DNA of 28,479 nt from a bacterium (GTDB lineage: Bacteria > Hydrothermota > 32-111). Location of the stretch: assembly GCA_050239825.1 (NCBI GenBank), contig JBFXGO010000034.1, positions 1 to 28,479 of the forward strand, given 5' to 3'. Positions 9,701 to 17,991 of the stretch are shown here, in pieces. Positions within the stretch are counted from its first letter, which is position 1. The number at the start of each line of letters is the position of its first letter. A model generated the notes under the pieces. It ran no database searches. It was not told the DNA's origin and worked only from the letters and a program-made list of their open reading frames with translations. The translations under genes were made by a program, and so were the position numbers.

Positions 9701-12700
9701 GGAGACTCTCACCAAGGAAGTTAAAGATGATGCATTGGGAACTGTCCACTCATAGTATTTATTGTTTCCCGTCGTGGCAATTGATTGCCATACGCCTCCT
9801 CCGTTTAGAGAATACTCAAGGTCAACATTCGAGAATGACCCGGAATTGTCCCACACGATAAAATACTTTTTGCCTGCTGTCCACTGAGTTGAGGATACAG
9901 GAGAAAGGATATTTATAGTCTGCGGAGCTATTGTGAATATGCCGCTGTTTGAATACGATGATGTCATCCTCAGATAATAAACCTGTATCATTGCTTCAGA
10001 TGTCGGTACATTCGGAATTGTCCATTCATAGTACTGAGTCGAAGCGGCAAGAGTGTCAAGCTGTGTCCACGAGGATCCTCCGTTGGATGAGTATGCCACT
10101 ACAACAGAATCTCCAGTTCCTCCCATGTAATCCCAGGTAACCATGCATTTATCTCCGATTATATAGGATTCAGAGGCGAGTGGCGAAGTGACCTCTATGT
10201 TTTTGTTGATTATGGCAAACCTCTGAGAAATGCCGAATGATGATGAGAGGTTTTTGTTGGATACCCTTATTCTGCCGTTTGCCGTAATTGTGTTCGGAGC
10301 AGTAAATGAGTAGGATCGGGTTGATGCCAATACCTTGACAGGCGAGTTCCATGAAACTCCGTCATCTGTTGAATACTCAATTATCACCGTATCAATTATG
10401 CCGTCATACCTCCATGATACTCTGTATGCTTTTCCCGCTACAAGGGATTCCGCAAGAGTAGGATATGTGACAGCAATTGTCTGCGGAAGAATTTCAAACA
10501 TGGAGCTTGTGTTGAATATGGTTGTGTCTGTGTCATAAGCCACCCTTACAACTGCGGAATCTGTGTCAAATGTAGGAAGAGACCATAAGTAATTCTGCGA
10601 ATTTGAAACAGAGTTGCTTATTGAAGTCCAGTTTGCTCCGTTGTTTGTAGAGTATGTCAGTTTCACATTATTGAACTTTCCCGTGTAATCCCAGGTTATA
10701 TAATAGCCTCTGCCTGAAATCCAGTCTGATGCAGTATTGGGAGATGTTATGGTGACTGCAGGCTTGATTATTGTGAATGTATCCGAAATTACTGATACAT
10801 TGCTGTTCTTCGTATCAAAAACCTTCACAAGAACGCTTGATGAAGGATAATTGGGAATAGTCCATTTGTAATTTCTGTTGTTTTCCATCACTCCGAGAGA
10901 TGTCCAATCTGTTCCTCCGTTTACGGAATACTGAACCTGCACTGAATCGACTCCTCCTTCATTGTACCAAGTGACATAATAATCTCTTCCCACTATAAAG
11001 GTGTCGGTTGCTATAGGGTATGTGAGATAGATTTTCTGCGGTTTTACAATGAAGACCTCGGATGTCTCCGAGACAGCCGAATTTTCATAGTCGTCAATTC
11101 TTATTCTGACATTATTTGATGGAATGTTCGGTATCTTCCATTCATAATTGCCGTCATTCGGTGTAGAGGTTATTATGGGCACCCATGTGGAACCGTCTGC
11201 GCAGTAATAAATCTGAGCCAAATTGCATGTTCCAAAATCCATAAACCAGTTAATATTGTATTTTCTTCCAACATAGAGCTCTTTTGATGAATTTGGCGTA
11301 ATAATTCCGAGTTCCTGCTTCTTGACTGTATAGGGTCCTCTCATATCGGAAGCTACCAAACTGCCTGCGGAATCAAATCCCTGTATGTAAAAATAAAAGC
11401 TATTTGAAACAGCATCATGCGGAACTGTGAAAAGTGTGTTGCCGTCTATATTATTTAAAACTCCGGCAAAGTACCAAGGCAGACCATTGTATGTATAATA
11501 AAACTCCACCGAGTCAATTCCGCTCAGAGTATCAAGGAACCATGTCATGTAATATGATTCATCTACATACAGAGTATCTGTTATATTTGGAAAGAGTATT
11601 TTGACGCTATCGGTTATCAAGATGTCGGATGCAAATAAAAATGTGTCTGAAACATCGTAAAGATGACCTGTATTGTCGTCATAAATACTGATTATTCCAT
11701 GTTCGCCGTTGCTTACAAGAAGTGTATCTACCAGCCAGGAAAATTTTTCCGTATTTGACATGGTTGCAATATTTGTCGAGACAGCTTTCTCTACATTCTT
11801 AAGTATAATATCAACTTGATATATGTATCCTCTGCTGTGCCATTCTATGGGCAACTTTTCATTTATAAATGCAGTGTCTCCTGTATCAGGATTTGTAATT
11901 TCAAATTCAGAGTCAGTATACCCAAAAACAGCATCGGATGTGTCATCTGCTGCTCCATCCCAAGCTGAGAAAATCCTGAACATATAGCTGTTCATCGGAA
12001 ACAGTGTGTCTATAAAATTATAATTTCCATCATTAATCTCTTTTATTTTGATAGGATTGTAATTGATTCCTCCGTCTGAGGAATACTGTATTCCGACCGT
12101 ATCGGGTCCGCCCACCCAATCCCAGATTATCTCCTGCGGCTCGCCGGGATAATAGACCTCTCCTCCGTTTGCCTCCACGATTGTGTATTCCGGTCTCACT
12201 ATGGAAAATCTTTCGGAAACGGAGTAGATAGAATCGTCGGCTGTGCTTGTCAGTTTTATCCAGCATGTGTCTGAGATATAATTCGGCGCAGTGAACACGA
12301 AGCTTCCCGTATTCAATGTCGAAGCTGTCAAGAAATAATTCTGCACTACTCCCGAAACCTTGTAAAAAAGCTCAATAATAACACTGTCAACAGCGCCTGT
12401 ATAATTCCAGTGTATCGGATACTTCAATCCCTGAATCAGCTGTTTTCCGCTGTCCGGGTCAAATATGGTGAATGTCGGTTTGAGTATTGTGAAATTCGCC
12501 GCGCTGACATCGAAACTGTTGATATCAGCCAGATTGGTAATCCTTACGCGCGCCTGTGTTGTAGCGTCATTCGGGACCTTCCACACATACGCTCCATCAT
12601 TGGTTTCGCTTAAATCAATATCCTTCCATGTTGAACCGCCGTTTATTGAATACTCAAGCTTGACATTGGCAATGCTTCCTGTCCAGTTCCAGTGAATAGG

Positions 12701-15700
12701 AGAATACTCTCCGACAACCAGATTCTCTCCTCCATTAGGTGTGGCGATGTCGATAATCGGAGTGGTCACAGCAAAGACATTGTTCGACATGTCCGCGCAC
12801 ACTACGGCTGCGGCATCCGAAACTCTTATCCTGAAAGAATCGGATGTTGACACAGGAGATGTCCAAGAGTAGTTGCCTGTATTTGATACGGATGCGATTA
12901 TTGTATTCCATGAAAATCCATTGTTTGTCGAATATTCAAGTTTTACATTGGATATTGTGCCGTTGTTAGTCCAGTTGATTGGTATGATATCGCCTGAAGT
13001 GAATGTTTCTCCTCCATCCGGCGATGTAAGATTTATCGCGGGATAAACCGTTACCGTGTTGTTGTTGGAGACATCAGATGTATTCACATCCGTCGTGCTT
13101 GTAATTCTAACGGTGAGTGTTGATGTGAAGAGACCTGATGGAATTGTCCAATTGTATGCACCGTCATTTGCAGTTGATGCAATGATTGTATTCCAGTTCG
13201 TATTGTCCGTCGAATACTCTATCTTCACATTTGTGAAAACCCCTGTCCATGACCATCTCACAGGGTATGTCTCTCCTATTGTCAATGTATCATTTCCATT
13301 TGGTGTCAGTAGAGTCAGTGTCGGAGATGAAACCGTGAAATTAGCATTTGTCACATCAAATGTATTCGCGGCATCGACATTGTTGGATACTCTGAAGAGA
13401 CATTGAGTTGAAACTGCAGTGGCTGGAACCTGCCAGATGTAAGAGCCATCGTTGGTCGTATCGGCTGTCGTCAGCTTCGTCCATGTTGAACCGTTATTCA
13501 GTGAATACTCAAGTTTCACATAATTAAAACTTCCGGTTGATGTCCATTCTATCGGGTAATATTCTCCCACTGTGAAATTTTCTCCTCCGTTTGGAGTGAC
13601 AATTGTCACAGATGCAGGAGAGATTGTAAACGCGGATGAAGAGGCATCCCAAGTCAGCGCATCGGCCGCATTGGAGATTCTCACTCTGCAGAGCGAGGAT
13701 ATTGTGCTTGGAACTGTCCACGAGTATGTTCCTTCATTTGCATAGGAGTTTGAAATCACATTCCAAACAGATCCGTCATCCGTGGAATACTCAATCTTCA
13801 CATTTGCGAACTCTCCTGTATAAGACCAGTTGATCGGCTGAACCTGGCCTGAGATGAAGGTTTCTCCCCCATCCGGAGTGAGGAGTGTTATTACAGCCCT
13901 GTTTATTGTGAATGTGTTGTTTGAAACATCAAATGAATTGAGTGAATCCGAAGTGTTTTTTACTCTTATTCTGCATAGAGCCGAAGGCGTATTGGGCACT
14001 GTGAATATGTAATCGCCTGTATTTGAAGTCGAAGATACTATGCTCGTGTATGTCGCTCCGTCATCAATGGAATATTCAATCTTAACATTTGAGAATGAAC
14101 CGTCCCAATTCCAGTGGATTGCCGCCTTTTCTCCGGCAGTCAACACTTCGCCACCGTTTAAAGAAGTCAGAGTTATTGCAGGAGGAAGAAGTGTAAAGTC
14201 TGCGTCGGATATATCTGTTGAAAGCGCATCCGAAATGTTTGTCAGACGAATTCTGCATTGAGTGGATCCCAAAAGAGTCGACGGCACAGCCCAGTTGTAT
14301 GAACCGTCATTTGTATCATTGGCCGATACCGTAAACCATGTCGCTCCTCCGTCATTTGAATAGTCAATCTTTATTCTGCTGAAATTTCCGAGCCATGTCC
14401 AGTGTATGGGATATGTCTCGCCTATCTTTAACGACTCTCCTCCGTTTAAAGAAGTAATTGTAATTTCAGCCGACTCGACAGTGAATACAGCATTGGAGAC
14501 ATCAAACGCCGCAGCGTCAGAGGCATTTGTGATTCTTACAAGATAATTGACGGATGGCGAGTTCGGAAGAGTCCACACATAAACTCCGTCATTTGCCGTA
14601 TTCGATGCTATTGAGGTCCAAGTCGATCCACCGTTTACGGAATAGTCAATATTGACATTCGCAACTGTTCCTGAAGTAGTCCAGTGTATCGCCTGAGAAT
14701 TGCCAGCCATAAGATTCTCTCCGCCGTTCGGAGAAACAACAGTTATGCCGGTTCTCGCTATTGAGAAATCTGTGTCGCTTATATCATTGGCATTTGCATC
14801 AAGAACATTTGAAACTCTGATTCTGCAAAGACTTGAAACAGCATTGGGAACAGTCCAGATATATGAACCGTCATTTGCAGTTGTAGTGACTATCGTAGTC
14901 CAGCTTGTGCCACTGTTTATAGAGTATTCGATTTTTGCATTAACAAAAGATCCTGTCCAATTCCAATGTATCGGATACTCTTCGCCTATAATAAGAGATT
15001 CTCCTCCATTTGGAGTGATAACGCCTATGCCCGAAGTGACAAGAGTGCTGTTTCCGTTTGATAGATCAAAGCAGTTTGCATCAGCTACATTTGTAATCTT
15101 TACCCTGAGTTGATTTGTAGGCGCATTAGGCACTGTCCACAGGTATGAGCCATCATTGGCGGTTGATGAAATTATGGTAATCCAATTTGTGCCGCCATCG
15201 ATTGAATATTCAAGGCGCACATTAGCAATTGTGCCTTCCCAGTTCCAGCTTATGTTGGCGCCTGACCCTGCAATAAATGTCTCTCCTCCGTTTGGAGAGA
15301 GAAGGGTCAATCCTGTAGAAAGTATTGAAAATCTGGAGTCTGAAAGATCAAAGCATGCAGGATTGGCGGTATTTGTTATTTTCAAAAGGCAGTTGTCCGA
15401 CGGATTTATCGTCGGTATGAGCCAATAATAGCTTCCATCATTTAAAGTTGTTGCGGCAATTGATGTCCAGATTGAACCGCTGTCTGCAGAGTATTCTATC
15501 TTTACATTCGCAAAACTCCCCTCATAGCTCCAGTAGACCGGATAATACTTTCCTGTTGTCAACCCCTCTCCTCCGTTTGGAGAGGTTATGGTAATAGTGT
15601 TGGTGGCTATTTCAAATATACTGCCGCTTGTGCCGAAGCAGTTCGGGTCTGTGGTGCTTGTGATTCTTATTCTGCAGTTTGTGGACGGGAAATTCGGAAC

Positions 15701-16222
15701 AGTCCAGATATATTCGCCATCATTGGCTGTTGTGCTGACAATGCTTGTCCAGTTTGTTCCGTCATCAATGGTATATTCTATTTTTACATTTGCGAATGCT
15801 CCTGTCCAATCCCAGTGAATCGGATAAGATTCTCCTATCCTCAGCACATTTCCTCCGTCAGGCTTCTTAATGTCGATTAAGGGTGTCTGTATTGTAAAAA
15901 ATGTGTCGCTTATGTCATAATTCGTCGGCACCAATGGGTCTGATATCCTAACCCTGCATGAGGCTGTAGCCGCATTCGGAACAGTCCATAGGTAGTCTCC
16001 GTCATTTGCGGTTGATGTTAATATGACAATCCAGTTTGTTCCTCCGTCAATTGAGTATTCCAGTCTTGCCGTGGAGACTGCGCCTGAAGTGTCCCAGTGT
16101 ATAGGCATCTGATTGCCTATCACAAAGGTCTCTCCTCCGTTTGGAGTGCGCAGACTGAAAGACTGTGAAAAGATTGAGAGAGAAATCAAAACAAAAGAAA
16201 TCAAAAAGAAATGTTTTTTCAT
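6776..16222 (-). CDS. Giant secreted repeat protein (~3148 aa): signal peptide, 32 tandem ~94-aa beta-sandwich repeats, C-terminal T9SS-A/FlgD-Ig sorting domain
   Basis: Start re-called to MKKHFF (ATG 16222, RBS AGGAGGT at 16233-16227). Repeat consensus ITxxSPNGGE..G..Y.I.W...G....VKIEYSxDGG..W..I...TANDGxYxWTVPN..S..CRVRI.......DxS...FTI. C-terminus VYDASGRAVKTI...GKNLANGIYFIR...KIVKVN. Confidence 0.92.
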   Translation of the reverse strand: MKKHFFLISFVLISLSIFSQSFSLRTPNGGETFVIGNQMPIHWDTSGAVSTARLEYSIDGGTNWIVILTSTANDGDYLWTVPNAATASCRVRISDPLVPTNYDISDTFFTIQTPLIDIKKPDGGNVLRIGESYPIHWDWTGAFANVKIEYTIDDGTNWTSIVSTTANDGEYIWTVPNFPSTNCRIRITSTTDPNCFGTSGSIFEIATNTITITSPNGGEGLTTGKYYPVYWSYEGSFANVKIEYSADSGSIWTSIAATTLNDGSYYWLIPTINPSDNCLLKITNTANPACFDLSDSRFSILSTGLTLLSPNGGETFIAGSGANISWNWEGTIANVRLEYSIDGGTNWITIISSTANDGSYLWTVPNAPTNQLRVKITNVADANCFDLSNGNSTLVTSGIGVITPNGGESLIIGEEYPIHWNWTGSFVNAKIEYSINSGTSWTTIVTTTANDGSYIWTVPNAVSSLCRIRVSNVLDANANDISDTDFSIARTGITVVSPNGGENLMAGNSQAIHWTTSGTVANVNIDYSVNGGSTWTSIASNTANDGVYVWTLPNSPSVNYLVRITNASDAAAFDVSNAVFTVESAEITITSLNGGESLKIGETYPIHWTWLGNFSRIKIDYSNDGGATWFTVSANDTNDGSYNWAVPSTLLGSTQCRIRLTNISDALSTDISDADFTLLPPAITLTSLNGGEVLTAGEKAAIHWNWDGSFSNVKIEYSIDDGATYTSIVSSTSNTGDYIFTVPNTPSALCRIRVKNTSDSLNSFDVSNNTFTINRAVITLLTPDGGETFISGQVQPINWSYTGEFANVKIEYSTDDGSVWNVISNSYANEGTYSWTVPSTISSLCRVRISNAADALTWDASSSAFTISPASVTIVTPNGGENFTVGEYYPIEWTSTGSFNYVKLEYSLNNGSTWTKLTTADTTNDGSYIWQVPATAVSTQCLFRVSNNVDAANTFDVTNANFTVSSPTLTLLTPNGNDTLTIGETYPVRWSWTGVFTNVKIEYSTDNTNWNTIIASTANDGAYNWTIPSGLFTSTLTVRITSTTDVNTSDVSNNNTVTVYPAINLTSPDGGETFTSGDIIPINWTNNGTISNVKLEYSTNNGFSWNTIIASVSNTGNYSWTSPVSTSDSFRIRVSDAAAVVCADMSNNVFAVTTPIIDIATPNGGENLVVGEYSPIHWNWTGSIANVKLEYSINGGSTWKDIDLSETNDGAYVWKVPNDATTQARVRITNLADINSFDVSAANFTILKPTFTIFDPDSGKQLIQGLKYPIHWNYTGAVDSVIIELFYKVSGVVQNYFLTASTLNTGSFVFTAPNYISDTCWIKLTSTADDSIYSVSERFSIVRPEYTIVEANGGEVYYPGEPQEIIWDWVGGPDTVGIQYSSDGGINYNPIKIKEINDGNYNFIDTLFPMNSYMFRIFSAWDGAADDTSDAVFGYTDSEFEITNPDTGDTAFINEKLPIEWHSRGYIYQVDIILKNVEKAVSTNIATMSNTEKFSWLVDTLLVSNGEHGIISIYDDNTGHLYDVSDTFLFASDILITDSVKILFPNITDTLYVDESYYMTWFLDTLSGIDSVEFYYTYNGLPWYFAGVLNNIDGNTLFTVPHDAVSNSFYFYIQGFDSAGSLVASDMRGPYTVKKQELGIITPNSSKELYVGRKYNINWFMDFGTCNLAQIYYCADGSTWVPIITSTPNDGNYEWKIPNIPSNNVRIRIDDYENSAVSETSEVFIVKPQKIYLTYPIATDTFIVGRDYYVTWYNEGGVDSVQVQYSVNGGTDWTSLGVMENNRNYKWTIPNYPSSSVLVKVFDTKNSNVSVISDTFTIIKPAVTITSPNTASDWISGRGYYITWDYTGKFNNVKLTYSTNNGANWTSISNSVSNSQNYLWSLPTFDTDSAVVRVAYDTDTTIFNTSSMFEILPQTIAVTYPTLAESLVAGKAYRVSWRYDGIIDTVIIEYSTDDGVSWNSPVKVLASTRSYSFTAPNTITANGRIRVSNKNLSSSFGISQRFAIINKNIEVTSPLASESYIIGDKCMVTWDYMGGTGDSVVVAYSSNGGSSWTQLDTLAASTQYYEWTIPNVPTSEAMIQVYYLRMTSSYSNSGIFTIAPQTINILSPVSSTQWTAGKKYFIVWDNSGSFSNVDLEYSLNGGGVWQSIATTGNNKYYEWTVPNASSLTSLVRVSNSSNISVNAVSNQFAINYPMISVFSPENQDTLVIGNKRYITWQSTMGAADSVVISYSTDGGATYTPIDTVQASLKTFKWTVPNTPSSNCLVRIAGYENSSVLGFGPAFTIVPQTLNVTSQYSAESYTATARKYITWDYTGVIDTLTAEYSTDDGFSWNVISSSIPAGNQYLEWNPIPSVSSSLCRVKLTNKVRTTVNASSAQFEIIPQSINVTSPVNTDNMVVGSKYYITWTNTGTISNVVIEYSIDGGSNWTAISAGTANTKNYEWTVPDYVTASGLIRISNSANASMNDISDTFAIVPQTIEITSPVSSSSWMLTRKYGITWRNNGSIANVKLQYSLDGGAVWNPLVESTANAKYYEWTVPTTAAASSNAMINVSNASNAAVEKSSDTFEIISQNINVISPKLGDQFVVSRKYYVTWLTDGTVANVNVYYSVNNGSTWNLLSSNLANTGSYEWTVPNAVSAQCIVRVTNSANENILGESSLFSIVPQSILVNSPLAGDNWIIGRKYYLTWSNVGSIATVRLQYSYNGGTDWNLITDNLSNTGSYEWTVPNTPSVNCLVQVINYSSTDVYGTSPLFTIPSQTIDILSPISGDQYLSGNKYYITWRWNGTLSTVDIEYSLNNGTDWTYIATSATNNGYYEWTLPSANSTECLVRISNPANSLVNDVSSQFTILPQNMTITCPTSTDTFIAGRKYFLTWRTKGTFTSANLWYSTDGGVQWNTIATGETNDGSYEWTVPAIASSDSALIKIGNSAQADIFAVSDTFIITKPIVTFTSPALADSFNTTKKYFVTWTTLGSITQVNLDLSYDGGVQYTNIVANLTNAGNYEWTVPAGYSSQNCRMKLTSSSNSFIYYVSDSFRINSAAGIADAEVSKAPVAKIFNVKTSSEISFSGKEILTLEVPLLSNAEIVVYDASGRAVKTIFKGLLDKGFHQFSLNGKSDSGKNLANGIYFIRVIINGTDNQRYSKLHKIVKVN
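7115..16162 (-). repeat. Protein-level tandem array of 32 diverged ~280-nt units
   Basis: Manual delimitation of the translation gives 32 units, most with an Asp-box-like YSx(D/N)xGxxW and a YxWTVP. No two units are near-identical. Confidence 0.9.
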
Positions 16223-16243
16223 TAAAACCTCCTTAACCATAAA

Positions 16244-16313
16244 ATAATATAATAAATAATTATAGTAGTCAACAAGAAAATTACTTGCAAAACAATTAAA
16301 TTTTGTGTAAAAT
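16244..16313. promoter_or_regulatory. Divergent promoters for the giant gene and the lipoprotein gene
   Basis: Minus: TTGACT (16272-16267), 17 nt, TATTAT (16249-16244). Plus: TTGCAA (16285-16290), 17 nt, TAAAAT (16308-16313). The region is very AT-rich, so chance matches are possible. Confidence 0.5.
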
Positions 16314-16332
16314 AATTCAAATAGGAGATAAT

Positions 16333-17043
16333 ATGAAAAAAATTGTTTCACTCTCTCTGCTCTTAATTGTTTTTACCTCATGCTCTGTTATAACAATGGA
16401 GACCTTCAGAAGCGCCGACACACTCGGTGGGCCGCTCCATTTTAGAGCAGGTGTGGGAGCGCAGATGGGACAGTTTGTCTCTCAGCAGTCAGTTGAGGGA
16501 GAATTTTACAACGGAGACCTTGCCTATCCTGCGGCAAACTTTTATTTGGGTGCGGGAATACTTAAAAACATGGATATTTTCGCTTCGACAGGAGTGGCTT
16601 TTCCCTCTCTCGGCGCCGCTCTTGGAGTCAAATATCAATTTTATGACAAGCTTGGACTGAAATTAGCTGTAATCCCAACGATAAGGTTCAGCAATTTTTC
16701 CAATTCAGTCAATGTTTTTGGAGAGACTGAAACATATAAATACATGTATCTCGGAGGTGAGACCCCGGTAGCGGCTACATTCAGTCTGTTTAATTTTGTT
16801 CTTATCACTGCGGGGATTCATGGCGGCTACTACAGAATGGCATTTGAGCAGGATTTGGAAAAAGTTTACTATAATCTGTTTTCATACGGATTCTACTTTA
16901 TGCCTGAAATAAAGGTATTCGCGGTCAGATTCTCTCCGTCCGTTGATTTCAGATGGTTCTTCACTCCGGGAGTCGATTTTGTCAGAACAACAGAAGGATT
17001 TAAAAATGTATATCCTTCTCTGTCAATCTCACTTCAGATTTAA
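16333..17043 (+). CDS. Hypothetical lipoprotein, beta-strand-rich (possible small OM barrel)
   Basis: Start re-called to ATG 16333 (RBS AGGAG). Lipobox-like FTS-C, then amphipathic strands (GAALGVKYQF, YPSLSISLQI). Confidence 0.7.
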   Translation: MKKIVSLSLLLIVFTSCSVITMETFRSADTLGGPLHFRAGVGAQMGQFVSQQSVEGEFYNGDLAYPAANFYLGAGILKNMDIFASTGVAFPSLGAALGVKYQFYDKLGLKLAVIPTIRFSNFSNSVNVFGETETYKYMYLGGETPVAATFSLFNFVLITAGIHGGYYRMAFEQDLEKVYYNLFSYGFYFMPEIKVFAVRFSPSVDFRWFFTPGVDFVRTTEGFKNVYPSLSISLQI

Positions 17044-17072
17044 AATAGTTTTTGGAAAAATTATACTGTCAA

Positions 17073-17104
17073 AAAATAGGGCGGGTTTTAACCCGCCCTA
17101 TTTT
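17073..17104. terminator. Bidirectional intrinsic terminator between convergent genes
   Basis: AAAATAGGGCGGGTT-tt-AACCCGCCCTATTTT, a perfect inverted repeat with A/T tracts on both sides. Confidence 0.9.
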
Positions 17105-17122
17105 ATTTATCCGAAAAACTCA

Positions 17123-17986
17123 TTAAAGAAATTTGTAATTTATTCCTATACCAACTGTCTCTTTCATTCTTGTCTTCAAATCAATCTCTTTGTCATACAA
17201 TGCCTGAAAATTAATATTGACTGTCATATACTCTCCAAGCTTCACCGCAAGGATGTTATCGAATGCGACATCAACCATCCTCCAGTAATCTTCATTAGGA
17301 AGTCCCGCCAAAGCATCTGCCGCCGAATAGAATAGGGCTTTGTAGAGTGACAATCTCCCTGTATATGTGACATTATCCTTGAATGGCACAAGAGCATCTG
17401 TGACGAACTCAATACCGCCGTCATTTGTCATTTCAAATCCTCGAGTCGAATCAATGAGCGCATTTCTGTTAAGATTCTGCCTAAATGCGGCGCCGGCTCT
17501 CGATGATATTTCGAGTTTATCCTTCTTGTAAATTATGCGTGCAATACCGAAACTCTCAGTGAGTTTAGCAGGGTTCACATAGCATGTCTTGACTGTGTCT
17601 GACTCATCCAGAAACTGGCTCTCCGCCCTTAGTCCGGCAAAAGGGTCAACAAGCCAATTCAATGTCAACTTTTCAATTGATTCAATGTCTATTACATCGG
17701 ATGATTTCATCGGGTCTCCCCATGAAGAATCTGTCTTTATCTTGCTCGTTGTCTGACCGAAGGAGAGTTTGATTCTGTTGGTCGTGTTGAGAAAGGTATA
17801 GAGCTGTTTTGAAAAATTGCCATTGCCGTTTACAACCCAATTGAAGCTTGATGCCTCCTCTCCCGCCCAGTTATCAGAGTAATTATTGAGATTCATCAGA
17901 AATGCCGCGTCAAATGATTTTTGCCACTCCTCTCCTGCGGCAAGAAGCGATACAATCAATAAAAATGCAATTATTGTTCTTTTCAT
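17123..17986 (-). CDS. DUF3078-family outer-membrane protein
   Basis: Signal peptide, NNYSDNWAGEEASSFNW, IKLSFGQT, KSSDVIDIES and a C-terminal KETVGIGINYKFL. Confidence 0.8.
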   Translation of the reverse strand: MKRTIIAFLLIVSLLAAGEEWQKSFDAAFLMNLNNYSDNWAGEEASSFNWVVNGNGNFSKQLYTFLNTTNRIKLSFGQTTSKIKTDSSWGDPMKSSDVIDIESIEKLTLNWLVDPFAGLRAESQFLDESDTVKTCYVNPAKLTESFGIARIIYKKDKLEISSRAGAAFRQNLNRNALIDSTRGFEMTNDGGIEFVTDALVPFKDNVTYTGRLSLYKALFYSAADALAGLPNEDYWRMVDVAFDNILAVKLGEYMTVNINFQALYDKEIDLKTRMKETVGIGINYKFL

Positions 17987-17991
17987 ACGAC

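Noticed and set aside
7296..15818. Numerous plus-strand ORFs (60-163 aa) antisense to the giant gene, some looking repetitive
   Set aside because: They mirror the codon pattern of the sense repeats and lack RBSs or independent protein motifs. They are shadow ORFs.
7115..16162. Possibility that the Asp-box motifs indicate a sialidase/BNR beta-propeller, or that the repeats are a CRISPR-like or DGR-type DNA array
   Set aside because: There is one Asp-box per ~94-aa beta-sandwich-sized unit and no catalytic motifs. DNA units are highly diverged and coding, with no identical repeats, no adenine-specific variant pair and no cas or reverse transcriptase gene in the window.
16223..16351. 43-aa N-terminal extension of the giant ORF in the ORF track
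   Set aside because: It runs through the AT-rich promoter region. A strong RBS and signal peptide place the start at 16222.
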